This document shows positions 33,261-40,820 of a stretch of DNA of 46,552 nt, piece after piece. Each line of letters opens with the position of its first letter. Positions within the stretch are counted from its first letter, which is position 1. Below the pieces are notes generated by a model. It made no database searches and had not been told where the DNA came from. It was given only the letters and a program-made list of their open reading frames with translations. The translations under genes were made by a program, and so were the position numbers. Source of the DNA: Pseudomonadota bacterium (GTDB lineage Bacteria; Pseudomonadota; Gammaproteobacteria; Burkholderiales; SG8-39); contig JAKALD010000002.1 in assembly GCA_021813275.1 (NCBI GenBank), positions 1-46,552 on the forward strand, in the 5' to 3' direction.

Positions 33261-33429
33261 TGCCTGCGCGGCGGAACCGAGAGCGCCGCGGCTAACAAGT
33301 CGGAAGACGCTCACCGCCCGAGCTGCCGGGGGCGGTCCGGGGCTGCTCGGCCGCGCCTCGCCGGCTTGGCCGGCGCGCGGCGCCGGGACGGCTCTAGAAT
33401 TCCGCAACCGTTGAAACCGAGTCGCTGCC

Positions 33430-34248
33430 ATGTGCGAGCTGTTCGCGATGTCGAGCCGGATCCCGACCAGCGTGCGCGTTTCGCTGGAGGAGTTTTCGCG
33501 TCGCGGCGGGCTCGCCGGCCCGCACAAGGACGGCTGGGGCCTCGCTTACTACGTCGAGAAGGACGTGCGCCTGCTCAAGGAGACCCAGCCGGCGAGCGAC
33601 AGCGCCTGCGTGCGCTTCATCCAGGACCATCCCTTCACCAGCGATGTCGTCGTCAGCCACATCCGCAGGGCGACCCAGGGCACTCATACGCTGCGGAACT
33701 GCCAGCCGTTTCAGCGCGAGCTGGGCGGCGCGATGCACGTCTTTGCCCATAACGGCGATCTCGACATGGGACGGCTGCGGCGCGAGCTCGCGCTCGGCTG
33801 GCACCGGCCAGTGGGCGAATCGGATTCGGAGCACGCGTTCTGCGCGCTGCTCGAGCGGCTGCGCGGCCCGTGGCTCGAGCACGGCGGGGTTCCGCCGCTC
33901 GAGGAGCGGCTCGCCGTGGTCGCGCGCTTCGCCACGGTCCTGCGCGCGCTCGGACCGGCGAATTTCCTCTACGCCGACGGCGACGCGCTGTTCGCGCACG
34001 GCCACCGGCGCAGGCACGGCGAGCTCGGCATTCGCCCGCCGGGGCTGCACTGGCTGTGCCGCAGCTGCGCGGGCGACGCCGAGGCGCTGCGCACCGAAGG
34101 CCTGTCGATCGAAGCCTCCGCGGCCCGACAGGAGGTCGCGCTCTTTGCCAGCGTCCCCTTGACGCCGGAGCCCGGGTGGCGGCCGTTCGCCGAGGGCGAG
34201 CTGGCGGTCGCGCGCGCCGGAAGGGTCGTCGCCAGAGTCCTCGCGTGA
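33430..34248 (+). CDS. class II (Ntn) glutamine amidotransferase, YafJ-like
   Basis: MCELFAMSS with Cys2 as nucleophile, HKDGWGLAYY, SHIRRATQG, NCQPF, FAHNGDL. Confidence 0.8.
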   Translation: MCELFAMSSRIPTSVRVSLEEFSRRGGLAGPHKDGWGLAYYVEKDVRLLKETQPASDSACVRFIQDHPFTSDVVVSHIRRATQGTHTLRNCQPFQRELGGAMHVFAHNGDLDMGRLRRELALGWHRPVGESDSEHAFCALLERLRGPWLEHGGVPPLEERLAVVARFATVLRALGPANFLYADGDALFAHGHRRRHGELGIRPPGLHWLCRSCAGDAEALRTEGLSIEASAARQEVALFASVPLTPEPGWRPFAEGELAVARAGRVVARVLA

Positions 34249-35057
34249 AGCGTTCGCGGCCCGCGCTGTGGCTCGGCGCCTTCACCGGCTTCTACCGCCC
34301 GGGCGTGGAAGAAATCCGCGCGCTCGATCCGGTGTCGAAGTTCCTCTACGCCGGGCGCAGCGTCATCCTGGTGATCTCGGCGCAGGCCGCGATCGCTGCC
34401 GGGCTGCTGGCGGCGGCCGACCGGCGCTTCGATCCGATCGACTTCGCGCTGGTGCTCGCCGGATTCGTCGCCGCGCACCTGCTCAGCAATCTCAGCAATG
34501 ACTACTTCGGCTACGTGCGCGGCCACGACACGCCGGATTCGCCGCGCATGCGCTACACGGTGCACCCGCTCGCGAGCGGCGTGATCGAGCCGCGCGCGCT
34601 CGTCACCGGCGTGGCGATCCTCGCCGCGCTCGGTCTCGGCATCCTCGCCTACTTCGTCCTCGAGCGCGGCGGGCTCGCGGTGGCGTTCGCCGCGGCCGGG
34701 ATCGCGCTCCTCCTGCTCTACGATGCGGCGCCGGTTCCGCTGAAGAGCATCGGGCTGGGCGAGCGCGCCGCCCGCGGGCTGAACGCCGCCACGGTGCTGC
34801 TCATCTATGCGGTGATCGCGCCGCTGATCGCCTGGGGCCGGCTCACGCCCTTCGCCGTGCTGGTCGCGTTCGCGCTGCCGCGGGCGGCGCGCGCGGTGGC
34901 GCTCATGGCGCGCCCGCGGCAGGCCTTGGCGCCGCCGGGCTTCGTGGGCTGGCCGCTCTGGGTTCACCGCGCATGCCTCGAGCACAACCGCCTGTTCGGC
35001 TGGCTCTACATCCTCGGTCTGGCCGCGGGCGCTGCCTGGCCCGAAGCGCGCGCCTGA
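34245..35057 (+). CDS. UbiA/MenA-like membrane prenyltransferase homologue with degenerate catalytic motifs
   Basis: GTG overlaps the upstream stop (GTGA). 270 aa and multi-pass. The first motif reads NDYFGYVRGHD, with the central Asp replaced by Gly. There is no Asp at all after LLYDAAPVPLK, so the second Asp-rich motif is absent. Confidence 0.55.
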   Translation: MKRSRPALWLGAFTGFYRPGVEEIRALDPVSKFLYAGRSVILVISAQAAIAAGLLAAADRRFDPIDFALVLAGFVAAHLLSNLSNDYFGYVRGHDTPDSPRMRYTVHPLASGVIEPRALVTGVAILAALGLGILAYFVLERGGLAVAFAAAGIALLLLYDAAPVPLKSIGLGERAARGLNAATVLLIYAVIAPLIAWGRLTPFAVLVAFALPRAARAVALMARPRQALAPPGFVGWPLWVHRACLEHNRLFGWLYILGLAAGAAWPEARA

Positions 35058-35142
35058 GCGCTGCGCTGCAGCACGGCCCGCCCCGACACGCGGACACAAT
35101 CTGCTGACTGCCCGGAATCTCCGTCAGTTTCGAGAGAGGCTG

Positions 35143-35171
35143 TTGACACGGATCTGACCTCAGACTCTAAT
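35143..35171 (+). promoter_or_regulatory. sigma-70-type promoter upstream of the sorbosone-dehydrogenase-like gene
   Basis: TTGACA (35143-35148), 17-nt spacer, TCTAAT (35166-35171). Lies about 80 nt upstream of the ATG at 35252. Confidence 0.45.
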
Positions 35172-35251
35172 GGATTCGATCTGCCCATAAGCAGAACAAG
35201 CCAACAAAAGGCGGGCGACGTTTCGAGCGATCGAGAAGGGAGGAAAGCCAG

Positions 35252-36529
35252 ATGTCAATCCGTTCGAAGGCAAGATCCGTGGCGGTTGCGGGAATCAGCG
35301 CTGCGGCGGCGTTCGGCGCCGCTGCGCTCATCGCGGCGGGCGCCGCGCAGGCGGCGGAGCTGCACCACTATGACTCGAGCAAGCGCTCGTTCTGGGAGCA
35401 TCCGCCGGCCGACTGGTTCCTGGGCGACGAGACCGAGGCGCAAAAGGGATTGAACGTGCCCGCCGCGCCCGCCACCGGAATTCCGGCGGAGCAGATCGAG
35501 AAGACGCTCAAGCAGATCAAGCTGCCGAAGGGCTTCAAGATCAGCCTGTGGGTCGCCGGCGTGCCGAGCGCGCGCCAGATGGCCTGGGGCAACAAGGGCA
35601 CGCTGTTCGTCGGAGCCTTCGGCGTCGGCAACGTCTACGCCATCACCGGCCCCGAGGGCAAGAAGGAGGTGAAGGTCATCCTCAAGGGGCTGAAGATGCC
35701 CACCGGCATCGCGTTCCGCGACGGGGCGCTCTACGTCGCCGACATCGACCGCATCCTCAAGTACGACGACGCCGAGGACAACCTCGACCACATGCCCGCG
35801 CCGAAGGTCGTGTACGACGACATGCCGTCGTTCCCGGCGCACGGTTGGAAGTATCTCGTGTTCGACAAGCACGGCTGGCTGTACGTGGCCTTCGGCCCGC
35901 CTTGCAACGAGTGCCTGCCGCCGACGAGCGTGTCGCAGATCCGGCGCGTCGATCCGGAGAACGGCCTGGCCGAGATCGTGGCGCTGGGCGTTCGCAACAG
36001 CGTGGGCGGCGACGTCGACCCGCGTACCGGCGACTACTGGTTCACCGAGAACGCGCGCGACTGGCTGGGCGACGACATCCCGAGCGACAAGCTCAATCAC
36101 ATCAGCCGGATGGGCGAGCACTTCGGCTATCCGTACTGCCACCAGGGCAACATCCCGGATCCCAAGTACGCGATGGGGCACAAGTGCTCCGAGTTCACGC
36201 CGCCGGTGCTCAAGCTCGGCGCGCACGTCGCGCCCCTCGGCATGAAGTTCTACACCGGCAAGCAGTTTCCGGCGGCCTACAAGGACAACATCTTCATCGC
36301 CGAGCACGGCTCGTGGAACCGGCACCAGTACCAGGGCGCGCGCATCGTGCGCGTGATAGTCGACCCGCGGGGCAGGCACGCGAAGCAGGAGGTGTTCGCC
36401 TCGGGCTGGATCAAGGGCAAGCAGGATTACCTGGGCCGGCCCGCCGACATCGTCGAGGCCCCGGACGGCTCGCTGCTCGTGGCGGACGACTGGGCCAGCG
36501 CGATCTACCGCATCAGCTACGGCAAGTAG
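35252..36529 (+). CDS. sorbosone/glucose dehydrogenase-like (PQQ-dependent sugar dehydrogenase family) periplasmic protein
   Basis: Signal peptide, GVPSARQMAWGNKGTLFVG, IAFRDGALYVADIDRILKY, GVRNSVGGDVDPRTGDYWFTENARD, HFGYPYCH, FIAEHGSWNR. SD GGGAGGA. Confidence 0.8.
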   Translation: MSIRSKARSVAVAGISAAAAFGAAALIAAGAAQAAELHHYDSSKRSFWEHPPADWFLGDETEAQKGLNVPAAPATGIPAEQIEKTLKQIKLPKGFKISLWVAGVPSARQMAWGNKGTLFVGAFGVGNVYAITGPEGKKEVKVILKGLKMPTGIAFRDGALYVADIDRILKYDDAEDNLDHMPAPKVVYDDMPSFPAHGWKYLVFDKHGWLYVAFGPPCNECLPPTSVSQIRRVDPENGLAEIVALGVRNSVGGDVDPRTGDYWFTENARDWLGDDIPSDKLNHISRMGEHFGYPYCHQGNIPDPKYAMGHKCSEFTPPVLKLGAHVAPLGMKFYTGKQFPAAYKDNIFIAEHGSWNRHQYQGARIVRVIVDPRGRHAKQEVFASGWIKGKQDYLGRPADIVEAPDGSLLVADDWASAIYRISYGK

Positions 36530-36550
36530 CCGGGCTGCCCGTTTCCCAGC

Positions 36551-36586
36551 GTCGCCCGTTCGCAGCGCGGACGGGCGACTTTTTTT
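36551..36586 (+). terminator. rho-independent terminator
   Basis: GTCGCCCGT tcgcagcgcgg ACGGGCGAC followed by TTTTTTT. Confidence 0.7.
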
Positions 36587-36608
36587 CGTGATGGACCCGA
36601 GCCCCAGA

Positions 36609-37208
36609 ATGTCCGTTCGGCGCACGCTCGCGTGGGCGGGAATCGCGGCCGCCGCGCTCGCGGCCGCCGGCGCTTCGTCGGCCGAGGATCTCGCCGCCGC
36701 CAAGGAAAAGGCGCGCGCCTGCTTCGCCTGCCACGGCGAGGGCGGGATCTCGCGGGCCCCGGAGACGCCCTCGCTCGCGGGACAACCCGACAACTTCATT
36801 CAGTGGCAACTCGTGTACTTCCGCAGCCAGACGCGCAAGGTGGAGGTGATGAACGCGATCGCTTCCGCGCTCAGCGACGCGGACATCCGCGGTCTCGGCG
36901 CGTACCTCTCTTCATTGCCGCCTCCGCAGCCGCCCGGGGAGCCCGACGATCGCCCGGAGCTGACGCGCGCGGGCGCCGAGCTCGCGCGCCGCAATCACTG
37001 CGCCAGCTGCCACACCGAGCGCTTTGTCGGGCAGGGCGCGATCGCGCGGCTCGCGAACCAGCAGGAACGCTACCTGCTCAAGGCGCTGCGCGACTTCAAG
37101 TCGGGCGTGCGCCGTGGCGGCGGCGTGGCGGCGATGCCGGATGCGGTCTATCCGCTCGGCGACGACGATCTGCGCGCGCTGGCGCACTACCTGGCGCGCT
37201 TTCGCTGA
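36609..37208 (+). CDS. diheme class I cytochrome c (c4-like)
   Basis: Signal peptide MSVRRTLAWAGIAAAALAAAGASSA and two CxxCH motifs (CFACH, CASCH). The ATG at 36609 is preferred because the track start at 36588 abuts the upstream terminator T-tract (36580-36586), leaving no room for an SD. Confidence 0.8.
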   Translation: MSVRRTLAWAGIAAAALAAAGASSAEDLAAAKEKARACFACHGEGGISRAPETPSLAGQPDNFIQWQLVYFRSQTRKVEVMNAIASALSDADIRGLGAYLSSLPPPQPPGEPDDRPELTRAGAELARRNHCASCHTERFVGQGAIARLANQQERYLLKALRDFKSGVRRGGGVAAMPDAVYPLGDDDLRALAHYLARFR

Positions 37209-37254
37209 GCGCGCGCCGGGGAGACATCGGCCGCGTGCGGGGAGGGACCGCAAG

Positions 37255-39366
37255 ATGACGGGAACGATCGGGCCGGCCGGAATCGTGGGCCTCGCGGCGG
37301 CCGCGAGTCTCCTGGCGCCGGGCGCCTGGGCGCAGACCGCGGGCGCAGCCGCCCCGGTCGTCGTCCAGGGCCAGCCAGTGGTGGTGACCGCGACTCGCGT
37401 GGAAGAAAGCAGCTTCGACGTACCGGCGTCGATCGACTCCGTCGGGGCTGCCGAGATCCGGGAGCAGCAGCCGCGCGTCAATCTCTCGGAAAGCCTCGGG
37501 CGCGTGCCGGGGCTCGTCATCCAGAACCGCCAGAACTACGCGCAGGACCTGCAGATTTCCTCGCGCGGCTTCGGCGCGCGCGCAGCTTTCGGCGTGCGCG
37601 GCGTGCGCCTCATCCAGGACGGCATCCCGCTCACCATGCCGGACGGGCAGGGCCAGGCCGCCCTCTTCGATCTCGATTCGGCCGCGCGGGTCGAGGTGCT
37701 CAGGGGGCCGTTCGCGGCGCTGTACGGCAATTCCTCCGGTGGTGTCATCCAGCTCTTCACCGAGAATGCTCCGCGCGAGCCCACGCCCGGCGCGAGCCTG
37801 AGCGTCGGCAGCTACCGCTCCTGGCGCGAGACGCTCAAGTTCGGCGCCACGGACGGCGCGCTCGGCGCGAACGGCGACCTGTCGCGCTTTTCAACCGACG
37901 GCTACCGCGATCACAGCGCGGCGACCCGCTACCTCGGCGACGCGAAGCTGCGGCTCGCGCTCGCCGGCGGCTCGAGCCTGTCGCTCGTGGTGAACGAGCT
38001 CTCACAGCCCTGGACCCAGGATCCCCTGGGGCTCACGCGCGCCCAGCTCGACGCCGACCGGCGCCAGGCGGGAACCGGGGCGCTGCAGTACAACACCCGC
38101 AAGAACATCCTGCACCGTCAGGCGGGCCTCGTCTACGAGACGCCGCTGTCGGCCGAGGACAGCCTGAAACTCGTCGGCTACGGCGGCGAGCGCTACATCA
38201 CGCAGTACCAGGCCTTTTCGGGCTCGGCGGTCACTTCGTCCGGCGGCGTCGTGGATTTGAACCGCGGCTTCGGCGGAGCGAGCGCGCAATGGCGGCGCAG
38301 CACCCGGCTCGCGGGCGTGCCATTCACCCTCACCGCCGGCATCGACTACGACCTGCAGGACGAGCAGCGCACGGGATTCGTCAACAATAACGGCGTGAGC
38401 GGCGCGCTGCGCCGCAACGAGGACGATCGAGTCCACGACTTCGACCAGTACGTGCAGTTCGAGTGGCAGCTCGCGCCGCGCTGGAAGCTCTCGGGAGGGC
38501 TGCGCCACAGCCAGGTCGCGTTCGGCTCGAAGGACTTCTACATCGTTCCGGGAAACGGCGACGACAGCGGCAGCGCGAGCTACTCCGCGACCAACCCCGT
38601 CGCCGGGCTGCTCTATCAGCTCGACCCTGCGGTGAACCTGTACGCGTCGGTCGGCCGCGGCTTCGAGACGCCGACCTTCACCGAGCTTGCCTACCGCCCC
38701 GACGGGCGGCCGGGGCTGAATTTCGGACTCCAGCCCGCGCGCAGCACGAATTACGAAGCGGGCGTGAAGGCGTTCATCGGCGCGGGCACGCGGTTGGACG
38801 CTGCGCTGTTTCAATCCGACACGCGCAACGACATCGTTTCGGGGCCGCAGCTGTTCTTCGGCCGCAGCACCTACGTGAACGCCGCGAAGACGCTGCGCCG
38901 CGGGCTCGAGCTCTCCGTCGACAGCGACTTCGGGCGCGGCCTGCATGCGAACCTGGCCTACACGTACGTCGACGCGAAATTCGAGGACTACACGAATTCC
39001 GCGGGGCTCGACCTGTCCGGGCGCAAGCTTCCGGGTGTGCCGGCGAATTCGCTCTACGGAGAGATTTCGTGGCGCGACGCCGCGAGCGGACTTCTCACCG
39101 CGCTCGAGGCGCGCTGGGGCGACAAGGTGTACGTCGACGACGCGAACAGTGACGCGGCCTCCGCCTATGCGGTCTTCGGCTGGCGCGCCGGCTTCGAGCA
39201 GCGCGCGCGCGGCTGGAAGATCGCCGAGTTCCTGCGCATCGACAACCTGTTCGACAGGCGCTACGTCGGATCGGTGATCGTCAATGCGAGCAACGCCCAG
39301 TACTACGAGCCGGCCCCCGGACGCAACTACCTGCTGGGCGTGAGCGCGAGCTACGCGTTCCGGTGA
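37255..39366 (+). CDS. TonB-dependent outer-membrane receptor
   Basis: Signal peptide, plug (VVVTATRVEESSFDVPASIDSV, LSESLGRVPGLVIQNRQNYAQDLQISSRGFGAR, RLIQDGIPL), long beta-barrel and C-terminal ..GVSASYAFR. Confidence 0.9.
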   Translation: MTGTIGPAGIVGLAAAASLLAPGAWAQTAGAAAPVVVQGQPVVVTATRVEESSFDVPASIDSVGAAEIREQQPRVNLSESLGRVPGLVIQNRQNYAQDLQISSRGFGARAAFGVRGVRLIQDGIPLTMPDGQGQAALFDLDSAARVEVLRGPFAALYGNSSGGVIQLFTENAPREPTPGASLSVGSYRSWRETLKFGATDGALGANGDLSRFSTDGYRDHSAATRYLGDAKLRLALAGGSSLSLVVNELSQPWTQDPLGLTRAQLDADRRQAGTGALQYNTRKNILHRQAGLVYETPLSAEDSLKLVGYGGERYITQYQAFSGSAVTSSGGVVDLNRGFGGASAQWRRSTRLAGVPFTLTAGIDYDLQDEQRTGFVNNNGVSGALRRNEDDRVHDFDQYVQFEWQLAPRWKLSGGLRHSQVAFGSKDFYIVPGNGDDSGSASYSATNPVAGLLYQLDPAVNLYASVGRGFETPTFTELAYRPDGRPGLNFGLQPARSTNYEAGVKAFIGAGTRLDAALFQSDTRNDIVSGPQLFFGRSTYVNAAKTLRRGLELSVDSDFGRGLHANLAYTYVDAKFEDYTNSAGLDLSGRKLPGVPANSLYGEISWRDAASGLLTALEARWGDKVYVDDANSDAASAYAVFGWRAGFEQRARGWKIAEFLRIDNLFDRRYVGSVIVNASNAQYYEPAPGRNYLLGVSASYAFR

Positions 39367-39378
39367 GACCGGGGGTCG

Positions 39379-40155
39379 TCAGGGCGTGAGTTCGAAGACG
39401 ACCTGGACGTCGACTGCGAACGGACGCTCGCGCAGGCCTTCCGGCGGTTGCGGCAACCGCGACAAGCGCTTCGCCATGTCGAGCGCCTCTTCGTCCAGGA
39501 CGTCGTGGCCGCTCGAGCGCCGCAGCGTCGCGCCGATGAGCTTGCCGTCAGGCCCGACGTCAAGACGCAGTCCCACCGCGCCTTCCCATCCGCGCAGGCG
39601 CGCGAGCCGCGGGTACTGCCGAGAGCGCGCGAGGAGCTCCGAAATGCTCTGCCCGTAGCGGGCCAGCGCTTGCTCGGACGGCTCGCGCCGCTGCGCGGTG
39701 GGATGCGGCTCGTTCGGGCGCGCGGCCGCGACAGGTGCCTGCGGCAGGGATGGCGCCGAGACGGTCGCTTCGCGAGCAAGCGGCTCGGGTGGCGGCACGG
39801 GCTCCGCAGCAGGCACTTCGGCCGGCCGGCGCGGCGCTCGCGTTCTGGCCGCCTGGTGCGGCGGCTCGGCCGCCTCGCGGGCCGTGCTCCGGGCCGGCGC
39901 CGCCTCGCGCTCCTGCCGCATGGCGGGCGCGGGCGTCACCTCGCGGGCCGACGGTGGCGGTTCCGGTGCGTTCACGAGCCGCACCTGGAGCGCTCGGCGC
40001 TCGCCGGGCGTGACGCCGGGTCGCGGAAACGCATGCAGCGCGGCGAGCGCTGCCAGATGCACGGCAAGCGAGAGGGCGAGCGCGAGGGCAAGCAGCGACT
40101 CGCTCGGTCGGGATTGCGGCGCAGCGCCGGCCGACGCCGTCGATGACATCAGCAT
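39379..40155 (-). CDS. tonB: energy transducer TonB
   Basis: N-terminal anchor LLALALALSLAVHLAALAAL, Pro/Ala/Glu-rich spacer and TonB_C (YPRLARLRGWEGAVGLRLDVGPDGKLIGATLRRSSGHDVLDEEAL). Confidence 0.8.
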   Translation of the reverse strand: MLMSSTASAGAAPQSRPSESLLALALALSLAVHLAALAALHAFPRPGVTPGERRALQVRLVNAPEPPPSAREVTPAPAMRQEREAAPARSTAREAAEPPHQAARTRAPRRPAEVPAAEPVPPPEPLAREATVSAPSLPQAPVAAARPNEPHPTAQRREPSEQALARYGQSISELLARSRQYPRLARLRGWEGAVGLRLDVGPDGKLIGATLRRSSGHDVLDEEALDMAKRLSRLPQPPEGLRERPFAVDVQVVFELTP

Positions 40156-40203
40156 TTCCCCTTCTGCGTTCGGCTCCAGCGGACCCGAGCGCGCCCGAGC
40201 GAC

Positions 40204-40446
40204 CTAGGCGTAAAGTCGCCAGCCGAATCCGCCGCACTCCGTGCACGCCTGGGTGCCGACCATCCCGGTTCCTTCGCACGACTCGCACTCGTCCCAGATA
40301 TAGGACAGATCGCTCTTCAAGGTGCCCGAGCAGCGCCTGCCGTAGACGACCCCGTGGCAGCGTTGATTGAGCATCTCGCGCTGACTTGTCGGGGTGTGGC
40401 AGACGGTGCACGCACCCAGCGGTTTCGGCTTCCTGGCGGGCCGCAT
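40204..40446 (-). CDS. small Cys-rich protein with DnaJ-type CxxCxGxG zinc-finger repeats
   Basis: 80 aa from the ATG at 40446: MRPARKPKPLGACTVCHTPT...RCHGVVYGRRCSG...CESCEGTG...CTECGGFG. Lies 48 nt upstream of tonB on the same strand. Confidence 0.55.
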   Translation of the reverse strand: MRPARKPKPLGACTVCHTPTSQREMLNQRCHGVVYGRRCSGTLKSDLSYIWDECESCEGTGMVGTQACTECGGFGWRLYA

Positions 40447-40567
40447 GGCATCGGGCCTCCTCTTTGCCGGAATGGTAGCAGCCGCGCCGGGCGCCGGGCC
40501 AAGCCTGGCGGCTGCAAACCATTTCACGCGGCCGGCCCGCTCCGATGCCGCTCGTGACTTTGTTCGC

Positions 40568-40596
40568 TTGACGCGAGCCGCGCCTCGAATTGCAAT
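40568..40596 (+). promoter_or_regulatory. candidate sigma-70 promoter for an unannotated short transcript
   Basis: TTGACG (40568-40573), 17-nt spacer, TGCAAT (40591-40596). Confidence 0.3.
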
Positions 40597-40602
40597 GCAG
40601 GC

Positions 40603-40692
40603 GAGCGGCGCGGGGATCCAGCAAACAGTCGCCGTGCCCGCTCAGTCTCCTCCTTCGTGGGATTGCCCCGGCTCCGCCGGGGCTTTTCTTTT
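40603..40692 (+). ncRNA. candidate small RNA of about 90 nt, promoter to terminator
   Basis: Bounded by the promoter above and the intrinsic terminator at 40665-40692. Contains a CUCCUCC anti-SD-like stretch (40647-40653). No convincing ORF or SD inside. Confidence 0.3.
40665..40692 (+). terminator. orphan rho-independent terminator in the intergenic region upstream of the pstS promoter
   Basis: GCCCCGG ctccg CCGGGGC (7-bp all-GC stem) followed by TTTTCTTTT. No plus-strand CDS ends nearby. Confidence 0.6.
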
Positions 40693-40733
40693 GTGCGGTT
40701 CCTCGCGCGCCAGCGCGGTGCTCCGGGTCGGGA

Positions 40734-40767
40734 TTGTCACCTGTCTGTAACATCGGCACTCGATAAT
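40734..40767 (+). promoter_or_regulatory. Pho box plus -10 element upstream of pstS
   Basis: TTGTCAC-CTGT-CTGTAAC (40734-40751) against the E. coli consensus CTGTCAT-A(A/T)A(T/A)-CTGT(C/A)A(C/T). GATAAT lies at 40762-40767, 10 nt downstream. The spacer is not A/T-rich. Confidence 0.45.
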
Positions 40768-40820
40768 TCCGCCCTGCAAGCTCAACCATCACTTACCGTT
40801 CCAGCGAAGAGAGAGCACCC

